The notes under the pieces: model-generated
Databases searched by the model: none
What the model was told of the DNA's origin: nothing
What the model saw: the letters and a program-made list of their open reading frames with translations, nothing else
Origin: Chitinophagales bacterium
Lineage (GTDB): Bacteria; Bacteroidota; Bacteroidia; Chitinophagales; Chitinophagaceae
DNA: 64,000 nucleotides
Assembly (NCBI GenBank): GCA_038209595.1
Contig: JBBQXO010000009.1
Location: 76 to 64,075, forward strand
Reading direction: 5' to 3'
Shown: positions 39,034 through 47,710 of the stretch, in pieces
Layout: every line of letters begins with the position of its first letter
How positions within the stretch are numbered: the first letter of the stretch is position 1
Translations under genes and position numbers: made by a program

Positions 39034-39106
39034 GGAAGCCCTCTGCAAAAAGATATCCTACAGGATAAAGACTTATTTTTAAAAAATCACATATCATTTT
39101 TTGTGC

Positions 39107-39934
39107 ATGGGTAATATAGTCGCCAACATTACTGCAGGTATCTTGCTTATAAGCATGTGGTGGTATTTTTTAGCAGGCTATGTGGTACTCGGGGTATTGG
39201 TTTATTTTGTACAGGACCGTTTTATCTTCAAACCAGAAAGGCTGCCTGAAGATTTTGTATATAAATACGATGCACCCTTTAAGGAAATTAATTTTGATGT
39301 TGAGCACGGGGTACGTATTAATGGATTACATTTTACTGTAAGAGAACCTCGTGGTTTGGTTTTATATTTTCATGGAAATAGCAGGAGTATAAAAGGTTGG
39401 GCCAAATATGCCCGTGATTTTTACCGGTATCAGTATGATGTAGTGCTGGTGGATTATCGCGGGTTTGGTAAAAGCACGGGCAAGAGAGGTGAAAAAGCCA
39501 TGCTTCGAGATATGCAGTTCGTGTACGATTCGCTGGCAGTAACCATGCCCGAAAATCACATTATTGTATATGGTCGAAGTATTGGAAGTGGGTTTGCCTG
39601 TAAACTTGCCAGTGATAACAGACCGAGGTACCTGATTCTTGACGCACCCTATTATAGTTTTTTACGGGTAGCCGAACGTTTTTTACCCATTTTGCCGCAC
39701 CGTTGGATTTTGCGTTACCATTTGCGCACCGATAAATGGATACGGCATGTAAACTGCCATACTTACATTCTGCACGGAACCAAAGATTGGCTTATTCCCA
39801 TTACGCAAAGCAAACAACTGGCAAAATTGATGCCGGGCAAAATAACTCTGATAGAAATCCCAGGTGGAGGACATAATAATTTGCCATCTTATCCCCAATA
39901 TCATAATTTTCTTCGTGACATTTTACAATACTAG
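39107..39934 (+). CDS. Alpha/beta hydrolase (BEM46-like)
   Basis: N-terminal TM, HGNS oxyanion region, GRSIGSG nucleophile elbow, C-terminal GGHNN. Confidence 0.8.
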   Translation: MGNIVANITAGILLISMWWYFLAGYVVLGVLVYFVQDRFIFKPERLPEDFVYKYDAPFKEINFDVEHGVRINGLHFTVREPRGLVLYFHGNSRSIKGWAKYARDFYRYQYDVVLVDYRGFGKSTGKRGEKAMLRDMQFVYDSLAVTMPENHIIVYGRSIGSGFACKLASDNRPRYLILDAPYYSFLRVAERFLPILPHRWILRYHLRTDKWIRHVNCHTYILHGTKDWLIPITQSKQLAKLMPGKITLIEIPGGGHNNLPSYPQYHNFLRDILQY

Positions 39935-40002
39935 GATAAGGATAAGTGAGGCTACAGGGTTATCTTCGCTTCACCTATTTTTTCACTTTAGTTTTATTTT
40001 TT

Positions 40003-41196
40003 ATGCAATTAGCATTTCGTCTTACACGCTTTAATGAACCGGAAACCCTTAAAATGGCCAAACTGGCACGGGAACTCAAAGAAAAAGGAAATGATGTTGT
40101 TGGTCTCAGTCTTGGCGAACCCGATTTTGATACCCCTCAACATATTAAAAAAGCCATCATTGATGCGGTGAATAATAATTTTTCGCATTATCCTCCGGTG
40201 GCCGGATATCCTGAATTGAGAAAAGCCATCTGCCATAAATTGAAAAGAGACAATAATCTCGATTATTTACCTGAGCATACGGTTGTAAGTACCGGTGCCA
40301 AACAAAGCATAGCCAATATTATTCTGGCAACAGTAGAAGCCGGAGATGAAGTAATTATACCAACACCCTACTGGGTTTCGTACAGTGAAGTGGTGCGGAT
40401 GGCCGAGGCTACCCCGGTGATGGTACGTACTTCATTAGAGTCAGGGTTTAAAATTAGCCCGGAGCAATTAGAAGCGGCCATTACGCCAAAAACAAGGCTT
40501 TTTATGTTTTCGAGCCCTAACAATCCCACGGGCTGTGTGTATAGCAAAGAAGAACTGTCAGCACTTGCAGAAGTGTTTAGAAAAAATCCGGATTTATGGA
40601 TCATGAGTGATGAAATTTATGAATACATAAATTATGTAGGGAAACATGAATCTATTGCGCAGTTTGATGATCTGAAGGATAGGGTAATCATTGTCAATGG
40701 ATTAAGTAAAGGGTTCGCCATGACAGGTTACCGGTTGGGTTATATTGCCTGTAGTGATGTATCGCTGGTAAAAGCTTGCGAAAAAATTCAAGGACAAGTA
40801 ACAAGTGGAGCCAATGCAGCTACCCAACAAGGCGCCGTAGCAGCGCTGAATGAAAGTACAGCACCAAGTATGGAGATGCAGGTAGAATTTAAGGAAAGAA
40901 AACAATTGGTTTTACAAATGTTATCTGAAATTCCTGGGTTGAAATTATCAGAACCAGATGGCGCGTTTTACGTGTTTCCCGATGTGAGTTCTTATTTCGG
41001 TAAGAAAAACGGAGATCAGGTAATTGCCAATGCCGACGATCTTGCCATGTACCTGTTGGAAACAGCATATGTAAGCACCGTTACGGGTAGCGCTTTTGGA
41101 GAACCAAACTGTATTCGGATCAGCTATGCCGCAAGCAGAAATGATTTGCAAAAAGGATTTGGAAGAATTAAAGAAGCTCTTGCGAATTTGAAGTAG
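40003..41196 (+). CDS. Pyridoxal-phosphate-dependent aminotransferase (aspartate aminotransferase class I)
   Basis: LSLGEPDF, NNPTG and SKGFAMTGYRLGY (PLP lysine) motifs. I placed the start at MQLAFRL. Confidence 0.88.
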   Translation: MQLAFRLTRFNEPETLKMAKLARELKEKGNDVVGLSLGEPDFDTPQHIKKAIIDAVNNNFSHYPPVAGYPELRKAICHKLKRDNNLDYLPEHTVVSTGAKQSIANIILATVEAGDEVIIPTPYWVSYSEVVRMAEATPVMVRTSLESGFKISPEQLEAAITPKTRLFMFSSPNNPTGCVYSKEELSALAEVFRKNPDLWIMSDEIYEYINYVGKHESIAQFDDLKDRVIIVNGLSKGFAMTGYRLGYIACSDVSLVKACEKIQGQVTSGANAATQQGAVAALNESTAPSMEMQVEFKERKQLVLQMLSEIPGLKLSEPDGAFYVFPDVSSYFGKKNGDQVIANADDLAMYLLETAYVSTVTGSAFGEPNCIRISYAASRNDLQKGFGRIKEALANLK

Positions 41197-41493
41197 CGAT
41201 ATTTTTTAATTAGAAATTTTAAAACGATACCATGCTTCTTTAAATCATATTTGTGCAGGTATTTTTTTAGTAAAAGTGTATTACGAAATGTTATATGGTT
41301 CCTATCAATTGCATCCATTTTATTTATTGGAGCATCGGCGGGATTAAAAATTATTTAACATTTGTTACCCGCTTTACACTGCTATCTTTTATTGGCCTGC
41401 CATAATTCGTGTCTGCACGAAAAATTGGGCAGGCCAAAAAAGGATATTCGCTCCAATCGGGGCTATGCTGTACAGGAGTACATTCATGAGCCG

Positions 41494-42330
41494 TTAGAGG
41501 ATATTAATCTCCATTTCAGACAACACCTGTTGACAAGGCAATTATTTTAATCTTTACACCAGGATTTTTTGATAGTCTGGCAGTTTGAATTTTCCCTTCT
41601 ATTTTTCCTTCGTCAAAAGCGGTGTCTATGGTACTTTTGTAGTCCTTGAAAATTTTTAAATTCATTTCATATTTTTCCAGTTCCGCTTGGCCAAACCTTG
41701 CAAGCTTTGCTTTTTCAAATGCCTGTACAAAAACTTCGTCCCTGAAAATTGAAGGAATACTTTGAAAGTCCTCAAGATGTTTGATAAAATACAGCCACTT
41801 GTCGAGGCGGGTTTCCAGCTTACTTTCTACCTTTATGGAATTGGGCATTTCCAAATACACATAGGTCAGCTTGTTATAAAATATTTTATCTTTTTGGTTT
41901 TTCAGTTTTATGGTGTTTAAAAATTCGTTTCTTTCCCGCTCGGTTTCATAAACATCAAATGTAAAGTCTAGGTTGCCAATGCTATAAACTGCTATAAGAT
42001 CATAGCTCCATTCGCCCTTTTCTGCGGGTTCACGAATGGGGAAAGTGGAGAAATAGATTGTCCTTTCCTTAAAGTAATTTTACTTAGCTGTTTGAAGTTC
42101 TACAATAAATTTCTCCCCTTTGTCATTTTCGCAATAAATATCGAAATGGCTTTTCTTTCAGAGTTCGTCAACCCAAGTTGTTCCGTGTTTTTAAAAGAAA
42201 TATCAACGATTTTTTCTCGTTCCGGAAATAAGGCATTCAGGAAGTCAATAAGCTGAGGTTTACTTGCTTCTTCACCAAATTTTTTTTTAAATCCAAAGTC
42301 TGTGTATGGATTAATGTATTTTGCCCGCAT
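41494..42330 (-). pseudogene. Rpn-family / PD-(D/E)XK (PDDEXK_2) putative transposase, inactivated
   Basis: Starts MRAKYINPYTDFGFKKKFGEEASK... A 1-nt frameshift at about 42140-42147 restores FDIYCENDKGEKFIVELQTAK. There is an in-frame TAA at 42080-42082. It continues NYFKERTIYFSTFPIRE...YVYLEMPNS...RLDKWLYFIKHLEDFQSIP. A second frameshift near 41524 cuts off SEMEINIL*. Confidence 0.8.
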
Positions 42331-42669
42331 TTTTTTCTGCTTTATGTTTGATAAATTTACAGAAAAATGTCCTCAATCGATTGTAAGCTTTTGGGTGCAT
42401 AAAAATCGGCCTGCTTAATCAATTCGATTTCCGGTGAAGTACATTATGCATTTTGGGAGATTTGGTAGGTTGTGGACAAGAAGTTAAAACCTAAGAAATG
42501 GTTGCTTTAAATCTGGAACAACCAGCCAAAGCAAGCGAAGAACAAGTGCCTTTTTTTAGGCAACAATAAGACATCAAATATTCAAGGTCAATTGAATGAC
42601 GCTTTGAATAATTACAAAGCATTGAAAAACATTTTAAATATCGAACCAGCAAATATTATGGGAATTACC

Positions 42670-43455
42670 TTATAAAATCTTCGAAAATGTTCCTGTAAAC
42701 ACGTGAACCGCAGGACCGGCGAGCCAAATTTCTTCAAAATTGGTCTCTCCGGTTCTTTCAAATTCAACAAATAGTCTGCCACCGTTTGTTTTTACTTTAA
42801 TATGATTATAGCCTCTTTCGTTGTGTGCATTGGCTAAAGCAGCAGCGGTTACACCGGTGCCACAGCTCAGGGTTTCGTCTTCCACGCCTCTTTCATAGGT
42901 TCTTACATACAGGGACGAATCATCAATACGTTGCACAAAATTTACATTAACTCCTTCTGTTTTGTACGTAGCTGAATAGCGAATAGTACGGCCTTCATTT
43001 ACCACTTCGTAGTCGCTTAATTCGGGAACGAGTTTTACAACATGCGGTGAGCCGGTATCTAAAAAGTCGAAAGTTGTATGGCTTTCTATCTTGCTTACAT
43101 CTTTCATTTTCAGCCGTATGCTCCCGTTCATTTCAATAGAGGCGTCATGAGGGCCATCTATGGCAATAAAATGATATGCTGTTTTTTTAATGCCAATATC
43201 GTTGGCAAAACGGATAATGCACCTGCCACCATTTCCACACATGGTTCCTTGGTGGCCATCTGCATTAAAATATACCATGCTAAAATCGAAACCCTCCGCT
43301 TTTTCAAGCAACATCAATCCATCTGCACCAATTCCGAATTTTCTGTGACAAAGCCTTTCTATTGTTTCCTGCGATAATGCTATATTTTTCTCTCTATTAT
43401 CAATTAAAATAAAATCGTTTCCGGTTCCGTGATATTTTGAAAATGAAATTTCCAT
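42670..43455 (-). CDS. dapF: Diaminopimelate epimerase
   Basis: FSKYHGTGNDFILIDN, MCGNGGRC and LSCGTGVTAAA motifs. Confidence 0.92.
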   Translation of the reverse strand: MEISFSKYHGTGNDFILIDNREKNIALSQETIERLCHRKFGIGADGLMLLEKAEGFDFSMVYFNADGHQGTMCGNGGRCIIRFANDIGIKKTAYHFIAIDGPHDASIEMNGSIRLKMKDVSKIESHTTFDFLDTGSPHVVKLVPELSDYEVVNEGRTIRYSATYKTEGVNVNFVQRIDDSSLYVRTYERGVEDETLSCGTGVTAAALANAHNERGYNHIKVKTNGGRLFVEFERTGETNFEEIWLAGPAVHVFTGTFSKIL

Positions 43456-43542
43456 AAAATAAATCTTCAGTTGTTACAGCAATAATTTCTTCCTTTCATA
43501 TTTAAAGCATAAAAAACGAAAGGTATTAGCAGAAAGTTTCTT

Positions 43543-44418
43543 CTATATGCTTTCTATAGTTGCGAGTGCTTTTTTTATCAGGTTTTCTACCGCAAGGGTT
43601 CCGTCTTTACTAAAAGTGCGGGTAACCCTGTTGGCTACTACAGCATTCAGACTTACACATTGGTGACCTAGCAATTTTCCAAGCCCGTAAATGGCGCTGG
43701 TTTCCATTTCGAAGTTGAGGATTCGATGGCTGCCATAATTGAAATGGGTAAGCGAATCAATCAGATCTGGCTGACGTAAACCAAGCCGTAAAACCCGCCC
43801 TTGCGGACCATAAAATCCCGGACATGTTACCGTTATTCCCTGATGAAAATCAGATACAAAATTTTTCAACAAGTACATACTGGCTGTAGCTATATATGGC
43901 TTCGAAAACTGACTGTTGAGTTGTGTTTGAGTAATAAACTGCTGTAACAACAGGCTTTCTTCCTCATTGTTTTCCATTTTGTAATAGTTGAGCAGGTTGT
44001 CTATTCCAAGTCCATGTGTTCCTGCTATGGTTTCATCCACAGGCACATCACCCTGTAAACTTCCACAAGTACCAATCCTGATAATATGCAGGCTTTTTTT
44101 GTTTGCCTGAACCGTCCGGTTTACTAAATCAATATTCACCAATGCATCGAGTTCATTTAGTACAATGTCAATATTGTCTGTTCCGATACCGGTGCTGAGT
44201 ACTGAAATTCTTTTCTGCCCAATCCGTCCGGTATGGGTTATAAACTCCCGATGTTCCTGCTTTACTTCTACAGAATCAAAATGCTTTGAAACCTGCGAAA
44301 CCCTTGCCGGGTCACCAACAGTAATTACAGTTTCTGCAAGTTCTTCGGGGAGCAAATTGAGGTGATATACGGCTCCGCGGCTGTTCAAAATCAGCTCGCT
44401 TTCGGCAATAATTGACAT
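43543..44418 (-). CDS. Nucleoside phosphorylase (PNP_UDP_1 family)
   Basis: VITVGDPARV, SVLSTGIGTDN, RIGTCGSL and FEMETSAIY motifs. Confidence 0.8.
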   Translation of the reverse strand: MSIIAESELILNSRGAVYHLNLLPEELAETVITVGDPARVSQVSKHFDSVEVKQEHREFITHTGRIGQKRISVLSTGIGTDNIDIVLNELDALVNIDLVNRTVQANKKSLHIIRIGTCGSLQGDVPVDETIAGTHGLGIDNLLNYYKMENNEEESLLLQQFITQTQLNSQFSKPYIATASMYLLKNFVSDFHQGITVTCPGFYGPQGRVLRLGLRQPDLIDSLTHFNYGSHRILNFEMETSAIYGLGKLLGHQCVSLNAVVANRVTRTFSKDGTLAVENLIKKALATIESI

Positions 44419-44571
44419 GGGGCAAAGGTACGCATGTTATTCAATTGAAATATGCAAGGATATTGTAAATGCTTTTCTGCAATTGGAGGCAATTCCTTAT
44501 TTTTGCACATCAGATGAGGAACAGGGCAGGGGCATGTTAGGCCTATTATTCACCTTCTTTTTCCTCCACAC

Positions 44572-44642
44572 GGTACCGTGGCCGAGTGATCAGGCAGAGC
44601 TCTGCAAAAGCTCGTACAGCGGTTTGAATCCGCTCGGTACCT
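44572..44642 (+). tRNA. tRNA-Cys (GCA)
   Basis: Cloverleaf folded by hand. Acceptor GGTACCG/CGGTACC; anticodon stem GAGCT/AGCTC with loop CTGCAAA; T-arm AGCGG-TTTGAAT-CCGCT; discriminator T. Confidence 0.88.
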
Positions 44643-44647
44643 CTCGT

Positions 44648-44682
44648 AAAATTACATGTCTTTACGGACATGTAATTTTTTT
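44648..44682 (+). terminator. Intrinsic terminator after tRNA-Cys
   Basis: AAAATTACATGTC-TTTACG-GACATGTAATTTT followed by TTT. Confidence 0.8.
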
Positions 44683-44760
44683 GCCCTCGATTGAGGTAAT
44701 GTAAAGAGCAATGCTTTCACTGAGAGACCATAGCTGATCTTTTTTCAAAAAAAAGCACAC

Positions 44761-44794
44761 AAAAAAACCTCTCCATTTTTTGAAGAGGTTTTTT
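44761..44794 (-). terminator. Intrinsic terminator after rplI
   Basis: On the minus strand: AAAAAACCTCT..AGAGGTTTTTTT, 17 nt after the rplI stop codon. Confidence 0.7.
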
Positions 44795-44810
44795 CAATAT
44801 TTAAATAAAC

Positions 44811-45257
44811 TTATTCAGATATTACTTCAAATTCAATTTCAGTAGCATTGCCATTACCAAAGTCGATATTGGCTTTGAAAGTACCAAGTTCTTTTACTTC
44901 ATCAAGGATAGAAATACGACGGCGGTCAATTTCGTAGCCCTTTTGTTCGCGAATTGCACGGCTGATGAGTACCGAAGTAACGCCACCAAAGATTTTTCCA
45001 GAAGTACCTACTTTAGCACCTACAGTGATGTTACCATCTTTTAGTTTTGTAATTACTTCTTTGATTTCAGCCATCAATTTGGCTTCTTTCTTAGCTTGAA
45101 CTTTCAGTTTCTCTTCCCGCATTTTCAGGTTGGAAGGAGATGCTTCAACGGCTAGTTTCTGAGGAATCAGAAAATTACGGGCGTAGCCACTTTTAACCGA
45201 AACGAGTTCGGCGATACCGCCAAGATTGTTTACGTCCTGGATAAGAATTACTTGCAT
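44811..45257 (-). CDS. rplI: 50S ribosomal protein L9
   Basis: MQVILIQDVNNLG...GYARNFLIPQKLA. Confidence 0.93.
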   Translation of the reverse strand: MQVILIQDVNNLGGIAELVSVKSGYARNFLIPQKLAVEASPSNLKMREEKLKVQAKKEAKLMAEIKEVITKLKDGNITVGAKVGTSGKIFGGVTSVLISRAIREQKGYEIDRRRISILDEVKELGTFKANIDFGNGNATEIEFEVISE

Positions 45258-45380
45258 TTTATTTAATTTGAATCCCAGAGCCCAGCGTGCGCTGTCTCAC
45301 GCCTTTGCGTGATTAGGGAATGGTTACAAAAGAGTAAAAACGAAAAACAGTTATGTAAAACCGATTTTCGTTTTTAAAAT

Positions 45381-45644
45381 TTATTTCATTAGATCAGTTA
45401 CGTAAGGTAACAGTGCCATTTGACGGGCACGCTTTACCGCATCGGCTACTTTGCGCTGAAACTTCAGGCTATTGCCGGTAATGCGACGTGGTAACAATTT
45501 ACCTTGTTCGTTCAAAAATTTCTTTAGAAACTCAGCATCTTTGTAATCTACATAACGGATGCCCATTTTCTTAAAACGGCAATATTTCTTTGCGCGCTTT
45601 TCCACTTTGTGAGCGGTCAGGTATTTAATTTCTTGTCTTGCCAT
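45381..45644 (-). CDS. rpsR: 30S ribosomal protein S18
   Basis: [17 protein letters not shown]...LLPRRITG...[10 protein letters not shown]. Confidence 0.93.
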   Translation of the reverse strand: MARQEIKYLTAHKVEKRAKKYCRFKKMGIRYVDYKDAEFLKKFLNEQGKLLPRRITGNSLKFQRKVADAVKRARQMALLPYVTDLMK

Positions 45645-45647
45645 GAT

Positions 45648-46004
45648 TTAAGCCTCCGAGTTTATTGGTTCAGAAGATTTCACACCAACTCTTTTACGGG
45701 TTGTATACTCAACGGCGTGTTTGTCGAGTTTAACCACCATGTGGCGCATTACGCTGTCGTCACGCAAAAACTGAATTTTCAATTTTTCGTTCAGATCGGA
45801 TTCCGCTTTAAATTCCGCTACCCAATACAAGGCAGTAGTTTTCTTTTGGATTGGATAAGCCAGTGACTTCAATCCCCATGGATTTTCTGATTCAATAGTA
45901 CCTCCGTTTTCCTTGATGAAGTCTTTATACTTCTTCTGGATGGTGGTGTAATCGTCGTCAGAAAGTACAGGGGTAAAGATCACCATAAGTTCATAATTGT
46001 TCAT
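45648..46004 (-). CDS. rpsF: 30S ribosomal protein S6
   Basis: MNNYELMVIFTP... I trimmed the start from the long ORF because a promoter-like element lies inside the upstream extension. Confidence 0.9.
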   Translation of the reverse strand: MNNYELMVIFTPVLSDDDYTTIQKKYKDFIKENGGTIESENPWGLKSLAYPIQKKTTALYWVAEFKAESDLNEKLKIQFLRDDSVMRHMVVKLDKHAVEYTTRKRVGVKSSEPINSEA

Positions 46005-46087
46005 GATCCCTGTTTGTTTTTTAAAATGATACCAATGGACCACATTTTTCAATGTGGAATCAGGCCATCTTACCTGATTTGGGGCGG

Positions 46088-46119
46088 CAAAAGTAAGTGG
46101 ATTTATTGGATTGGCCAAA
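46088..46119 (-). promoter_or_regulatory. Bacteroidota sigma-A type promoter for rpsF-rpsR-rplI
   Basis: The minus strand reads TTTG-N20-TACTTTTG, matching the consensus TTTG-N19-21-TAnnTTTG. It lies about 85 nt upstream of the rpsF ATG. Confidence 0.5.
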
Positions 46120-46249
46120 CAAATGGAAGACGGGCAACAAAATAAGTACTTTTTGAGGCTTTTTGCCGGCTGATTTGCTTTTTTAGTTTGCTATGGCTGG
46201 GTTCAGGAAAAGTCCCCGAAAGACGGTTTAGTGTTACGCGCTTTATACC

Positions 46250-47518
46250 TCAGGGCTTTTTCACTATTTCCCCGTCTTTTAATACATATTGGACCATTCT
46301 TATCTGGCCAATATTTGTGGAAGGATCTCCTGAAACGGCGACCAGATCGGCGAATAGCCCTTTTTTGATCCGTCCTATTTTATCGGCATACCCAAAAACA
46401 TCCGCGTTTATGGAAGTGGCAGACCGCAATACATCAAGTGGTTTCATGCCATATTCTACCATCAATTCCATTTCTATGGCATTGTTGCCATGGGTATAAA
46501 CCCCTACATCGCCACCCATGCAAATGGTTACTCCTGCTTTGAGTGCTGCCTCAAAGCTTTTCTTTTTCTCCCTAATGCGCACCGGATCAGGCTCTTTCCC
46601 TTTTTGCCATCCATTGTAAGTCAATATAGATTCACCTGCCGCAAGGGTTGGGCAAAGGGCTACTCCTTTTTCCTTCATTAGCTCAAAAACTTCCGGTGTG
46701 CCATTATCGCCATGCTCAATAGTAGACACGCCAGCCAATGTTGCCATTTTCATACCTTCGGGGGTAACAGAATGGGTAACCACTTTACGACCACTTAAGC
46801 CGGTAACCTCCACCGCTTTTTGTAGTTCGGCAAGGGTAAAAGTGGGTTGGGTGGTATTGTTTTGTCCCCATCGGTAATCTGCATATAGTTTTATCAAATC
46901 GGCTCCTTTGCCAATCTGCGTTCTGATTTCCCGTATCAGATCATCCATTCCATCCGCCGTTGCTGCCCCAAGATTGTTTTCATGATCAGGAGATAATTTT
47001 GGACCATAGCTGCCCGTTGCCACAATGGCCCGGGTAGCAATAATCATTCGGGGGCCAGGAATAATGCCTTTTTCAATCGCTTCTTTTAATCCTGCATCAT
47101 CATACATAGCGCCCTCGGTGCCCAAATCCCTAACGGTGGTAAACCCTGCCATCAAGGTAGCTTTGGCATGGTTTCCGGCTCTCAGGATTCGTTCAGCTCT
47201 TGTTTCCTTTAACACCTGATCGTTCCATGGCGTTTCATTGTAAGGGTGCAAAAACAAATGAGAATGCCCTTCAATGAATCCCGGCAGCAGCGTCATACCT
47301 TTCATTTCTATTACTTGGGTACCTGCAGGAAGTTTGAATGCCATATCTCCCACTGCTTCAATCAGGTTGTTTTTTAAAAGCACAATCCAATTGGTATGCA
47401 TTTGTTCGCCATCGAAAACCCGGTCGGGTTTCAATAATTTGTACTGGTCAGTTTTTTGAGAAAAAGCAATAAGACTTAAAGAGCAAAATATTAGAAGCCA
47501 TTTCAATTTTGTAATCAT
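46250..47518 (-). CDS. Secreted metal-dependent amidohydrolase
   Basis: Signal peptide, GFIEGHSHLF (HxH) motif, later HGD and D residues typical of the amidohydrolase fold. Confidence 0.8.
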   Translation of the reverse strand: MITKLKWLLIFCSLSLIAFSQKTDQYKLLKPDRVFDGEQMHTNWIVLLKNNLIEAVGDMAFKLPAGTQVIEMKGMTLLPGFIEGHSHLFLHPYNETPWNDQVLKETRAERILRAGNHAKATLMAGFTTVRDLGTEGAMYDDAGLKEAIEKGIIPGPRMIIATRAIVATGSYGPKLSPDHENNLGAATADGMDDLIREIRTQIGKGADLIKLYADYRWGQNNTTQPTFTLAELQKAVEVTGLSGRKVVTHSVTPEGMKMATLAGVSTIEHGDNGTPEVFELMKEKGVALCPTLAAGESILTYNGWQKGKEPDPVRIREKKKSFEAALKAGVTICMGGDVGVYTHGNNAIEMELMVEYGMKPLDVLRSATSINADVFGYADKIGRIKKGLFADLVAVSGDPSTNIGQIRMVQYVLKDGEIVKKP

Positions 47519-47710
47519 ATTTCAATTCGTTATAAACTAAAATAAATCATTTCTTACCGGATGGCCTATTTTAATTCAATTAAGTATGGTTTCCTCTATT
47601 TTCAGGATGCACTAATCTAAATACTTTTATTTCATTAGCATTTGAAAGGAGGGGGGCAGGTAGCATGCATTGAGAATACCAATGTAGAATATTCTGAGCG
47701 CTTTCCGTGA

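Noticed and set aside
42331-42669. Short in-frame peptide fragments on the plus strand, such as MVALNLEQPAKASEEQVPFF and QGQLNDALNNYKALKNILNIEPANIMGITL, that could be another gene relic.
   Set aside because: They are too short and interrupted, and I recognise no family. They cannot be distinguished from chance without a database search.
44572-44642. tRNA-Cys and tRNA-Ala (58736-58812) as integration sites for mobile elements.
   Set aside because: There is no integrase or recombinase nearby. I did not spot a direct repeat of either tRNA 3' end, and both are flanked by housekeeping genes and clean terminators.
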